NCBI GenBank assembly: GCA_035505475.1
Contig: DATJQT010000246.1
Coordinates: 1,632-65,631, forward strand
Reading direction: 5' to 3'
From: Vulcanimicrobiaceae bacterium
GTDB lineage: Bacteria > Methylomirabilota > Methylomirabilia > Methylomirabilales > 2-02-FULL-66-22
DNA length: 64,000 nucleotides
In this document: piece by piece, positions 44,659 to 53,372 of the stretch
Position numbering within the stretch: position 1 is the first letter of the stretch
How the letters are laid out: each line of letters starts with the position of its first letter
Program-made: the position numbers and the translations under genes
The notes under the pieces: model-generated
Database searches by the model: none
What the model was told of the DNA's origin: nothing
What the model saw: the letters and a program-made list of their open reading frames with translations, nothing else

Positions 44659-44933
44659 CCGTTGTCTCACCCGGGTCCGTGACAATTCGAGGGCCCACCT
44701 CCGCGTGTTTCCCCCTGGCACCAACGAGGCGTAGTATAAGGGAGAAAACGCGCACTGCATATGCCGATTCGCAAAAATCCGCCTGCTTTGAACACTAATT
44801 ATGCTTGCTTTCCGACCGACCGGGCTCGCCTCTCTCTGGGGAACTCGGAGCGCATTGGGAGCGAGCAAGGATGTACGAGGCGTATTGGGGACTCGTGAAA
44901 GCGCCCTTCCAGAATGCTCGAAATGAAAGTCGC

Positions 44934-45728
44934 TCAGGCGCTGAAGACCACTGCTACTCCATTCGCCTGGGAACCGATCAACTCATTCACTGTTTCGATC
45001 GGTACAGAATGCTTCTCAAAATGTTTTGTCGCTGCATTCATATTTTTCGCTTTCAGCCACACGCCTAAGAACCCTTCCGTCTTTCCCCCCAGCACACGCC
45101 CTGCCACCTGATTCTCAGCGAGCCCCGCCGAATCCAACACGGTCACACGGCTCTTTCCGATACTGACAACTTGTGAGTTTCCGAAGGGGCCGTCCTGCTT
45201 TGCAGCGGTCCCTTCGAAGTTCTTTGCGAGTATGGCGGCGAGGCCCTCCGCATCCTTTGCGCCAATGAGTACAGTCTCGACAGCTTCGAAGATCGCATCG
45301 TTCGCGATAGACAGCGTATGAGTTCCGTGCGCGGGCTGCGCCAGTTCGATCAAGAGGCCCTGATTAGCGCCTGGGTGAAGAAATCCAATCGTGCCGGCCA
45401 ACCCGGGATGCGGAGCCTGATCAATCAGTGGAAGATTGGCGGCTTTGGCTTGGCCCAAGGCGGTAGCCACATCGTTCGTTTCAATGCACAAGTGGTGTAT
45501 GCCCTCGCCCTTTTTCTCCAAGAAGCGGGCGACGCCTCCGGCAGGATGGGTTGGCTCCAATAACTCAATCTCGTCGGGGCCGACGGTCAGCAATGCGGCA
45601 CGTACACCTTGATCGGGAACTGTAGCTTCGCGGCTGACCGGGAGACCCATCGCTAACGAAAAGGTTTTCAACGACTCAGAAAGATTGCGGACGGCGATCG
45701 CAACGTGATGGATACCTCGATAAAGCAT
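44934..45728 (-). CDS. VOC (glyoxalase/methylmalonyl-CoA epimerase-like) family protein with a tandem domain
   Basis: GIHHVAIAVRNL...EIELLEP...GEGIHHLCIETNDV (epimerase-like N-terminal VOC module) plus a divergent second half. G+C looks lower than in the neighbours. Confidence 0.7.
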   Translation of the reverse strand: MLYRGIHHVAIAVRNLSESLKTFSLAMGLPVSREATVPDQGVRAALLTVGPDEIELLEPTHPAGGVARFLEKKGEGIHHLCIETNDVATALGQAKAANLPLIDQAPHPGLAGTIGFLHPGANQGLLIELAQPAHGTHTLSIANDAIFEAVETVLIGAKDAEGLAAILAKNFEGTAAKQDGPFGNSQVVSIGKSRVTVLDSAGLAENQVAGRVLGGKTEGFLGVWLKAKNMNAATKHFEKHSVPIETVNELIGSQANGVAVVFSA

Positions 45729-45767
45729 AACGGACCCTCTTCTTCCTTGCGGGCGCGATTTGCTTAG

Positions 45768-46160
45768 CTACTTTATAATGACGTCGACCGTTCGCTCACG
45801 CGGCCCATCAAACTCAACCAACATGATGCTTTGCCATGTTCCCAGCTTGAGACGGCTCGCGTGAATCGGGATCGCCTCGCTCGGCCCGAGGATCGAGGCT
45901 TTGATGTGCGCAGACGCATTATTGTCAATGCGATCGTGCAACCAGGTGCCGTCGGGAATGAGGCGTGCGAGTGCATCCAGGATGTCTTTGCAAACGTTCG
46001 GATCGGCATTCTCGTTGATGACGAGCGCGGCGGTAGCGTGCGGAACGTACACAAGGCAGATCCCTTCTGCCACCCCGGATTGCTTGACGAACTGCTGTAC
46101 GCGCTCCGTGATGTCAATCATCTCCCGGGTTCTTTCAGTCCGAATGTGAATCTCAGGCAT
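45768..46160 (-). CDS. yjbQ: YjbQ/UPF0047 family protein (secondary thiamine-phosphate synthase-like)
   Basis: MIDITERV..., CLVYVPHATAALVINENADPNV, NASAHIKASILG, LGTWQSIMLVEFDGPRER. Start taken at MPEIHIRT (46160). Confidence 0.85.
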   Translation of the reverse strand: MPEIHIRTERTREMIDITERVQQFVKQSGVAEGICLVYVPHATAALVINENADPNVCKDILDALARLIPDGTWLHDRIDNNASAHIKASILGPSEAIPIHASRLKLGTWQSIMLVEFDGPRERTVDVIIK

Positions 46161-46262
46161 AGAGACGGCCCCCGGTGCAGGTGGTATGCTGTGGGAACGT
46201 TGACCGAATATAGCTAGGCAGGGCAAGCCTGTCATCAACAACCAAGGCTGGAGGGGAAATTG

Positions 46263-46460
46263 ATGGATCCGGCGACGCGCGATGCGATTGCAGAAGCGGT
46301 GCAGGCGATCGATGATGCGATCTCAGGTCTCGTTGGCTTCGCGATGACGCTTCGCCCCACTCTGCGCAATGAGATCTTTCAGATCTGCGGCCCACATCTC
46401 GACCGGGCACGCCAAGCCAGAGAACGACTCAACGCTCTCGTTAACCCTAGCCCTTCCTAA
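46263..46460 (+). CDS. small hypothetical protein (65 aa)
   Basis: ATG preceded by GGAGGGG at a good distance. The frame is GC3-biased and reads as a helical-looking sequence (DAIAEAVQAIDDAISGLVG...). No recognisable motif. Confidence 0.35.
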   Translation: MDPATRDAIAEAVQAIDDAISGLVGFAMTLRPTLRNEIFQICGPHLDRARQARERLNALVNPSPS

Positions 46461-46501
46461 TTTGGCGGAAACTGAACCACATTTGCTCGGCTTTCCTGCA
46501 C

Positions 46502-47656
46502 TCACTGCGCGTTCCGCTGGGGGTGATGTACATCACAGGCCCGCACCGCTTGCGCGATCTCTTCGAGAACCACCGGGTCTTCTTCTTTGGCTTGCACCTC
46601 GCGAAGCACCGAGGTCGCCCCCTCACCAGCAATTCGACCCAAAGCCCATGCGGCATGAGCGCGGACCAAAGCATCACGATCGTGCCGAAGTGTGTTGGCC
46701 AGCGCAGGAACGGCCTCGAGTTGCCCGCTGTTTCCAAGGGCCACACAAACATTCCGAAGAAAGCCACGCCGTTTCGCCCGCAGGGCCGGGCTCTCGCGGA
46801 ACAGCACCTTGAAATCGTGCTCGGTGAGCGATAGGAACGGGATCAACTCCGGGGCCTGCAAGTCCGGACGCGGCGAAAACGCCGCCTCTGTCGATGCAAG
46901 AGGTTTGATGTTATAGGGACACACGTCCTGGCAAATGTCGCACCCAAAGAGATGGGACCCCATGGGCTCGCGCAGATCGGTAGGGATCGGTCCTTTCAAT
47001 TCGATCGTGAGATACGAAATGCACTTTCGGGCATCGAGGATATACGGGCCGACAAACGCGTCCGTCGGACAGGCATCCAGACACAGCCGGCAATCGCCAC
47101 ATCGGTTCGGAAGTGGGCTATCCGCTTCCAGTACAATGTCGAGGAATAGCTCACCGAGCACGAAATAGGATCCCACCCCCGGCCTGATCAGATTTGTGTT
47201 CTTCCCATACCACGCCAGTCCAGCTGCCGACGCAATCTCCCGGTCAAGAATCGGGCCGGCATCCACGAACGCCCGCGCCTGAACGTCCCGCCCGGCTTCC
47301 TCGCACACAGCCGCCCACAACTGGTCAAGACGCTTTCCAAGCACCTCGTGATAGTCTTTGTTCTGTGCATACCGCGCAATGCGTCCGCGTAGCCCTGTGC
47401 CTGAGTTCTGGTGTTGCTCTGCGCTCCAATAGCAGAGGCCGACGGCGATGATCGACTTGGCCCAGGACAGAAAACGCTCGGGATGGAGCCGCTGCTCAGC
47501 CGTCCTCGGCAAGTAGGCCATGTCGCCGTGATACCCCTGATTCAGCCACGTCTGAAACGCGTTTCCGCGCACGGGTGGGCTCACGGCTGCGACGCCGACC
47601 AAATCGAACCCGATGGCAAATGCTCTGCTCTTAACCCGCTCAGCCAACAATTCCAT
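46502..47656 (-). CDS. queG: tRNA epoxyqueuosine(34) reductase
   Basis: GYHGDMAYL, CGDCRLCLDACPTDAF, CISYLTIE, LFGCDICQDVCPYN, and a C-terminal HEAT-like region. Start taken at MELLAERV (47656). Confidence 0.88.
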   Translation of the reverse strand: MELLAERVKSRAFAIGFDLVGVAAVSPPVRGNAFQTWLNQGYHGDMAYLPRTAEQRLHPERFLSWAKSIIAVGLCYWSAEQHQNSGTGLRGRIARYAQNKDYHEVLGKRLDQLWAAVCEEAGRDVQARAFVDAGPILDREIASAAGLAWYGKNTNLIRPGVGSYFVLGELFLDIVLEADSPLPNRCGDCRLCLDACPTDAFVGPYILDARKCISYLTIELKGPIPTDLREPMGSHLFGCDICQDVCPYNIKPLASTEAAFSPRPDLQAPELIPFLSLTEHDFKVLFRESPALRAKRRGFLRNVCVALGNSGQLEAVPALANTLRHDRDALVRAHAAWALGRIAGEGATSVLREVQAKEEDPVVLEEIAQAVRACDVHHPQRNAQ

Positions 47657-47827
47657 GCGGCACATACCCCATCCAGTTTCCAGTATGGCAGGAGAATAAT
47701 GCAAAGCAAAGCCACTCTCTGCGCCGCGTCAATTTATCTTGACACCACTTCCCCACCTGGGCCAAGCTCCCGTTGTGTTTGCGGCACATTCTGAATGGTG
47801 AATCTCTTTCGCCAAGGAGGCCGGCAC

Positions 47828-49393
47828 ATGGGTCGGAATCTGAAACGCATCGGCGTGATCGCGGTACTGGTCGCCGCCCTCGTACTCGTATGGGGCATCG
47901 GCGATGCAGCCCAAACTGCAAAGAAAACATTGGTGGTTGCGCTGAACCAAGATCCCGACATCCTCGACCCCAGCCTCTCGCGGACGTATGTTGGCCGGAT
48001 CGTGTACGAACACATGTGCGAAAAGCTCTATGAGATTGATGAGAATCTGAAGATCTATCCCCAGCTCGCGGCAGAGATGCCCACCTTTGCCGATGGCGGA
48101 AAGACCGTTACGATCAAGCTCCGCCGGACCGTGAAATTCAACGACGGGACACCGATGACCGCGGAAGCGGTGCGCTACTCGTTGGATCGTCATCTCAACA
48201 TGAAGGGCTCGGCCCGACGGAGCGAACTCGAGTTGGTCACCGCCATCGAGGTCGTTGATCCTCAAACCATTCGTTTGCGGCTGAAGGCGCCCTTCTCGCC
48301 TATCGTCGCCACGTTGGCGGACCGGGCGGGGATGCCCGTCTCGCCGGCCCAGGCCAAGAAACTTGACGACAAATTCGGCACGGCCCCGATCTGTGTCGGT
48401 CCCTGGACCATGGTCGAGCGCGTGCCACAGGACCGGATCGTGCTGGAAAAATCCAAGTACTATTATGATCCCTCCCAGGCCAAGTTCGACCGGATCGTCT
48501 TCCGCATCATCCCCGATGACAATGTGCGTCTCGCCAACCTCCGCTCTGGCGACATTGACCTGATGCATCTCGTCGCGCCGACGGACGCCGCCAGTCTACG
48601 GAAAGAGAATCGATTCGAGGTGTCCAGCGTCACCGGACTCGCGTATCAGAGCATCACGATCAACCTCCACAACAAGAACGGCAAGAACACCCCGCCCGCT
48701 GACCTGGGAACCCCGCTGGCCAACGACCCGCGCGTCCGCGAGGCGTTCGACCTCAGCATCGATCGCGAGGCTTTGAACCAGGTCGCCTGGGATGGCCAGT
48801 ACACGCCCGGGTGCACCCCGATCTCGCCGGTGAGCCCGTTCTACGACAAGGGCCGCAAATGCCCGACCCGCGACGTGGCGAAAGCCAAGAAGCTCTTGGC
48901 CGACGCCGGCCTGGCGAGTGGATATAGCTTCGAGATGACGATCGTGAACGACCCGCAGCAGCGGCGCGTGGGCGAGATCATCCAGGGGATGGCAAAAGAA
49001 GCTGGACTCGATATCACCCTCAAGCCGTCGGAATTTGCCTCGGCGCTCAAGGACGATGATGCGGGCAGCCTGCGCGCATTCCTCATCGGTTGGAGCGGTC
49101 GCGTGGATCCGGATGGAAACATTCACCAGTTCCACACCTGCGGCGGCAGCCTGAACACGACCGGCGCATGCGACAAGGCAATTGACGACCTCCTGAACCA
49201 AGCCCGCGAGGTGAGCGATCAGGCGCAGCGGGCCGCCTTGTACAAACAGGCCATCGACAAACTGGTGCTCGAGCGCCGGAATCTTCTGTACCTGTACCAC
49301 CAAAACTACATTGTCGCGTTTCCGAAGAACCTGCGGGGCTACAAGGCCGTGCCGGACGGCCTGATTCGCTTGAAGGGGGTTTCCTGGAACTGA
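47828..49393 (+). CDS. ABC transporter substrate-binding protein, family 5 (peptide/nickel/opine type)
   Basis: ATG preceded by AAGGAGG. Signal peptide MGRNLKRIGVIAVLVAALVLV, then a family-5 body (LDPS..., KFNDGTPMTAEAV.YS). Confidence 0.85.
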   Translation: MGRNLKRIGVIAVLVAALVLVWGIGDAAQTAKKTLVVALNQDPDILDPSLSRTYVGRIVYEHMCEKLYEIDENLKIYPQLAAEMPTFADGGKTVTIKLRRTVKFNDGTPMTAEAVRYSLDRHLNMKGSARRSELELVTAIEVVDPQTIRLRLKAPFSPIVATLADRAGMPVSPAQAKKLDDKFGTAPICVGPWTMVERVPQDRIVLEKSKYYYDPSQAKFDRIVFRIIPDDNVRLANLRSGDIDLMHLVAPTDAASLRKENRFEVSSVTGLAYQSITINLHNKNGKNTPPADLGTPLANDPRVREAFDLSIDREALNQVAWDGQYTPGCTPISPVSPFYDKGRKCPTRDVAKAKKLLADAGLASGYSFEMTIVNDPQQRRVGEIIQGMAKEAGLDITLKPSEFASALKDDDAGSLRAFLIGWSGRVDPDGNIHQFHTCGGSLNTTGACDKAIDDLLNQAREVSDQAQRAALYKQAIDKLVLERRNLLYLYHQNYIVAFPKNLRGYKAVPDGLIRLKGVSWN

Positions 49394-49572
49394 TCGGACA
49401 ATCCCCCGTTCGCTCCGTCGCCGGGCCCCTTCAGGGGAGCTCGACAGGGGTTTCGGCAGGCCCAAGGCAGGCCTAGAGCGGACGGGAGATTCTCCGCAAA
49501 GGCGTATTCTGGCCATGCCGAGCCTGCCGAGGCATGACCGCTTTCCCATGTGTAACCGCTAGCCAGGAGGCC

Positions 49573-50577
49573 ATGCCCGCCTCCGGACTGAGTCGGGGGC
49601 TGGACCGAGGACAGCGCGTGCTCGACTTTCTTGTCCGGCGCATCGGTATCTCCCTCGTCACCTTCCTCCTGATCACCCTCATTGTGTTTACCGGGGTTCG
49701 CATGATCCCCGGCGATCCGGCGCGTGTGATGGCCGGAACCGATGCCGACGAGGCGGGCCTGCAAGAGGTGCGCGCCAAGTACGGGTTGAACGATCCGATT
49801 GCCGTCCAGTACGTCCGCTGGCTCGCACTGGCCCTCCAGGGCGATTTGGGCGAATCTATCCGTACCCGCGAGCCGGTCGTGAAGACGGTTGCGCTCAAGT
49901 TGCCGATCACGATCCAACTCGCCTGTTTCGCGCTCCTGATTGCCATCCTAATCGCCGTCCCCGCAGGCATCTTCTCTGCAGTCAGGCGGAACACGATCTG
50001 GGATCTTGCTGCGAATACGGTGTCCTTGTGTGGCGTCTCGATTCCCAGCTTCTGGCTGGGCATCATGCTGATCCTCTTCCTCTCTGTGCGACTGCATCTG
50101 CTCCCGGCTTCGGGCTATGTCCCATTTCTCCAGGACCCATTCGGGAATCTCCAGCGCATGCTCATGCCCGCTTTTGTGCTGGGTGCCGCGCTCGCCGCAG
50201 CGCTCATGCGCCAGACGCGTAACAGCATGATCGAGGTGATGGGAGCCAACTACATCCGGACCGCCTACAGCAAGGGCTTGGCGGAAAAGGTGGTCATTGT
50301 CCGCCACGCCCTGCGTAACGGGCTGATTCCGATCGTGACGATTCTGGGACTTCAGATGGGGGCCCTGATGGGCGGCGCCGTGGTGACCGAGCAGATTTTC
50401 GTGGTTCCGGGGTTCGGCCGCCTGATCGTCGAGGCCGTGTTCACGCGCGACTATCCGCTCGTCCAGGGCGTTGTGCTGATCACCGCAAGTGCGTACGTGC
50501 TGATCAACTTGCTTGTTGATGTGTCCTATTCGCTCTTGAATCCGCGCATCCGCGTCGGAGGATCGCGCGTTGAGTAG
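49573..50577 (+). CDS. ABC transporter permease (DppB/OppB type)
   Basis: FLVRRIGISLVTFLLITLIVF, and an EAA-loop region (YIRTAYSKGLAEKVVIVRHALRN). Start ambiguous (ATG 49573 or GTG 49618). Confidence 0.85.
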   Translation: MPASGLSRGLDRGQRVLDFLVRRIGISLVTFLLITLIVFTGVRMIPGDPARVMAGTDADEAGLQEVRAKYGLNDPIAVQYVRWLALALQGDLGESIRTREPVVKTVALKLPITIQLACFALLIAILIAVPAGIFSAVRRNTIWDLAANTVSLCGVSIPSFWLGIMLILFLSVRLHLLPASGYVPFLQDPFGNLQRMLMPAFVLGAALAAALMRQTRNSMIEVMGANYIRTAYSKGLAEKVVIVRHALRNGLIPIVTILGLQMGALMGGAVVTEQIFVVPGFGRLIVEAVFTRDYPLVQGVVLITASAYVLINLLVDVSYSLLNPRIRVGGSRVE

Positions 50578-51466
50578 CGCAGCGCCCGTTTCCGCACAGG
50601 CGCCGGTTCGGCGTGCCCCGGGCGAGACGCCCGCCCGACCGCGGAGGAGTTGGCGACGCGCCCTACGTCGACCGCCGGCCGTCGCTGGTGCGGTTGTTGT
50701 GCTGCTGTTCGCGCTGATGGCCCTTGCTGCCCCGTGGATCGCCAGCGGGGATCCCATCCGTACGAACTGGGGACAGATCCGGAAAGCGCCGACTCTGGCG
50801 CACCCCTTCGGAACGGACGACCTCGGACGAGACGTGTACTCGCGCGTGGTGTGGGGATCGCGGACGTCCATGCAGGCCGGAGTGCTTTCGATCCTGCTGG
50901 CCATTACCGTCGGCGTGCCGGCAGGCTTGGTGGCGGGATATTATCGGGGAGGCATCGACCAGGCCATCATGCGGTTAACCGATGCCTGGCTCTCGTTTCC
51001 GTTTTTGATTTTGGCGATCGGCCTGGTCACCATCCTCGGGCCGTCGCTGACTAACGCCACCGTGGCCATCGGCATGGCGGCGACGCCGACCTACATCCGT
51101 TTGACGCGCGGCTTGGTGCTGGGGACGGCCCAGGAGGATTACGTCCAGAGCGCGCGGGCGCTCGGGGGTGGGGACCTGCGGATGATGGCGCGCCACATCC
51201 TCCCCAACATCTTCAGCGCCCTGCTCGTGCAGGCGACCGTGTCTATACCGGGCGCGATCATCGCCGAGGCGATCTTGTCATTCCTCGGTCTGGGCGTGCA
51301 GCCTCCGGCGCCTAGCTGGGGCACGATGCTCAACACAGCCCAGCAATTCTTAGAAACCGCCCCTTGGATGGCCTGGTGGCCGGGCCTCGCGATCTTTTCG
51401 CTCGCCCTCTCGTTCAATTTGGCCGGAGACGGGCTCCGAGATTTTCTGGACCCGAAAGATTACTGA
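50570..51466 (+). CDS. ABC transporter permease (DppC/OppC type)
   Basis: HPFGTDDLGRDVYSRVVWG, and an EAA-loop region (YVQSARALGGGDLRMMARHILPN). TTG start with GGAGGA 7 nt upstream; it overlaps the previous gene. Confidence 0.85.
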   Translation: MSSAAPVSAQAPVRRAPGETPARPRRSWRRALRRPPAVAGAVVVLLFALMALAAPWIASGDPIRTNWGQIRKAPTLAHPFGTDDLGRDVYSRVVWGSRTSMQAGVLSILLAITVGVPAGLVAGYYRGGIDQAIMRLTDAWLSFPFLILAIGLVTILGPSLTNATVAIGMAATPTYIRLTRGLVLGTAQEDYVQSARALGGGDLRMMARHILPNIFSALLVQATVSIPGAIIAEAILSFLGLGVQPPAPSWGTMLNTAQQFLETAPWMAWWPGLAIFSLALSFNLAGDGLRDFLDPKDY

Positions 51467-51469
51467 CCA

Positions 51470-53269
51470 CTACCAGCCCACGGCGTAGCCGATCGCGCGC
51501 CGGGGCGACACCGCCCCCGCGATCACGCCCCGCTCTTCATCGGTTCGAATCCCCATGACCTTCCCATTGGCCCATTCCCCGATCAGCTTTACCTCGTGGC
51601 CGCGACGCTCCAAGCCCTTGATAGTCTCCTGCGGGAAACGCGCTTCCATTTCCACCCGGTTCGGGTATGCCGGCCGCGGATAAAACGAGGACGGAAAGTG
51701 CACCGATGTCAGCGTGGGGGCATCGAGCGCTTCCTGGAGATTCATTCCGAACACGACATGGTTGAGGAAGAACTGCAGTGTCCACTGTTCCTGCCCATCG
51801 CCGCCGGGCGTTCCGAACACCATCAGCGGCCGGCCATTCTTTGTCACCAGGCTGGGCGTGAGCGTGGCGCGCGGGCGCTTGCGGGGAGCCAGAGCATTCG
51901 GCCGGGCCGCGTTCAGATAGAACATCTGCCCCCGCGATCCGAGCGGGAATCCGAGCCCGGGAATGACCGGCGAATCGGCGAGCCACCCCCCGCTCGGCGT
52001 CGCCGCGACCATGTTTCCGTGTCGGTCCACGGCGTCCAGGTGGGTCGTGTCCCCGACGTGCGAATGGCCGAGGCCCAGGTCGCGAACCTCGCCTCCCTTC
52101 ACCTGCAGCGCCCGCCGGTTGTCGGCCAAGACGTCGAAAGTGGCATAGGCGGGCACGCCGCGCCCCACATCCCCCGGGCGGAAATCGGGCGAGGCCGTCT
52201 CGCCGATCGCCGCGCGCCGCTTCTCGGTGTATGCTGCCGAGAGCAGGATGTCCAATGGCACCGCGTCGAACTGTGGATCGCCGTAATACGCCTCGCGATC
52301 GGCAAAGGCTAGCTTCGCGGCTTCGATCAGAATGTGCAAGTACTCGGTCGACTGCGCCCCCAACGCGTGCAGGTCGGGACGATCAATAAGCGCAAGTTGC
52401 TGCAGGAAGACCGGCCCTTGCGTCCACGGCGGGCATTTGTGCACCTCCATCTCTCGGAACCGCAGGCTGACCGGCTCTTCCACGCTTGCATGCCATTCGG
52501 CGAAATCTTCAGCGCTGAGCAGGCCCGAGTGGGCCGTGCCGCTCGCGTCCTCGACCGAATGCTTGGTGATGAACGCCAGAATGCGCTCGGCAATCTCGCC
52601 TCTGTAGAACGCATCCCGCGCGGCCTCGATCCCCGCCGCGCGACCCTTGTGCTGCGCCTCGGACTCTGCCTGGCACAACAGTCGAAGGGACTTCGCCCAA
52701 TCCGGATTGCGAAACACGTCGCCAATCTGCGGAACCCGTCCTCCGGGTAGGTACAACTCGCCGGTCGATGGATACAGATTCAGGTATTTCGTCCGATTGG
52801 CCGTGAGGTGCTCGTGCAGCCCGTCGTACACGGCGAATCCGTTCTCGGCCAACTCGATCGCCGGCTGAAGCACATCGCTCATGCGCAGTGTGCCGAAGCG
52901 AGCGAGAGCCGTCGCCCAGGTATCCACGACCGCGGGGACGCAGGCCGGCAGCAACCCATCGCCGGGGATCAGATCAATCTTGTGCTCACGGCACCAGTCG
53001 ATGGTAAAGGCCTTGGCGGACCATCCCATGCCCGAAACCGCATACGCCTTCTTGTCCTTGGCGGAATAGATCAGGGTGGGCACCTCGCCCCCGATGCCGT
53101 TGCTCTGCGGCTCGAGCAGATTGAGGCAGAACACCATGCTGGCTGCGGCGTCAATCGCATTGCCGCCACGCTCGAGGATTCGGAATCCCGCCGTGCTCGC
53201 CAAATAGTGCCCGGACGTGACCACGGCAGACCGCCCCATGATCACGGGCCGTGTGGTAAAAGACGCCAT
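51470..53269 (-). CDS. ggt: gamma-glutamyltransferase family protein (no obvious signal peptide)
   Basis: VTSGHYLASTAGFRILERGGNAIDAA, HVGDTTHLDAVD (autoprocessing Thr), GTPGGDGQ. Start taken at MASFTTRP (53269) with AAGGAG upstream. Confidence 0.85.
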   Translation of the reverse strand: MASFTTRPVIMGRSAVVTSGHYLASTAGFRILERGGNAIDAAASMVFCLNLLEPQSNGIGGEVPTLIYSAKDKKAYAVSGMGWSAKAFTIDWCREHKIDLIPGDGLLPACVPAVVDTWATALARFGTLRMSDVLQPAIELAENGFAVYDGLHEHLTANRTKYLNLYPSTGELYLPGGRVPQIGDVFRNPDWAKSLRLLCQAESEAQHKGRAAGIEAARDAFYRGEIAERILAFITKHSVEDASGTAHSGLLSAEDFAEWHASVEEPVSLRFREMEVHKCPPWTQGPVFLQQLALIDRPDLHALGAQSTEYLHILIEAAKLAFADREAYYGDPQFDAVPLDILLSAAYTEKRRAAIGETASPDFRPGDVGRGVPAYATFDVLADNRRALQVKGGEVRDLGLGHSHVGDTTHLDAVDRHGNMVAATPSGGWLADSPVIPGLGFPLGSRGQMFYLNAARPNALAPRKRPRATLTPSLVTKNGRPLMVFGTPGGDGQEQWTLQFFLNHVVFGMNLQEALDAPTLTSVHFPSSFYPRPAYPNRVEMEARFPQETIKGLERRGHEVKLIGEWANGKVMGIRTDEERGVIAGAVSPRRAIGYAVGW

Positions 53270-53317
53270 CGGTTTCTCCTTCCCTGGTGACGAAGGCAAC
53301 GCCGCACTCGGCCGCGG

Positions 53318-53346
53318 AGTGTACGCCGCTCTTTTGCAACCGTCAA
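53318..53346 (-). promoter_or_regulatory. sigma70-type promoter upstream of ggt
   Basis: Gene strand reads TTGACG (53346-53341), a 17-nt spacer, then TACACT (53323-53318). Confidence 0.45.
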
Positions 53347-53372
53347 CGGACTCGCCCAGCGTGGGTATACTC

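Noticed and set aside
44665-44745. Resemblance to the 3' half of the ykkC/guanidine-I riboswitch (ACGG...CCCGGG.GAGA) upstream of the 44612-44658 terminator.
   Set aside because: Only a few nucleotides match. The conserved 5' half (GGGUUCCGG / GGUCCGAGAG) and the P3 hairpin are absent. The downstream gene (speH) has its own promoter after the terminator.
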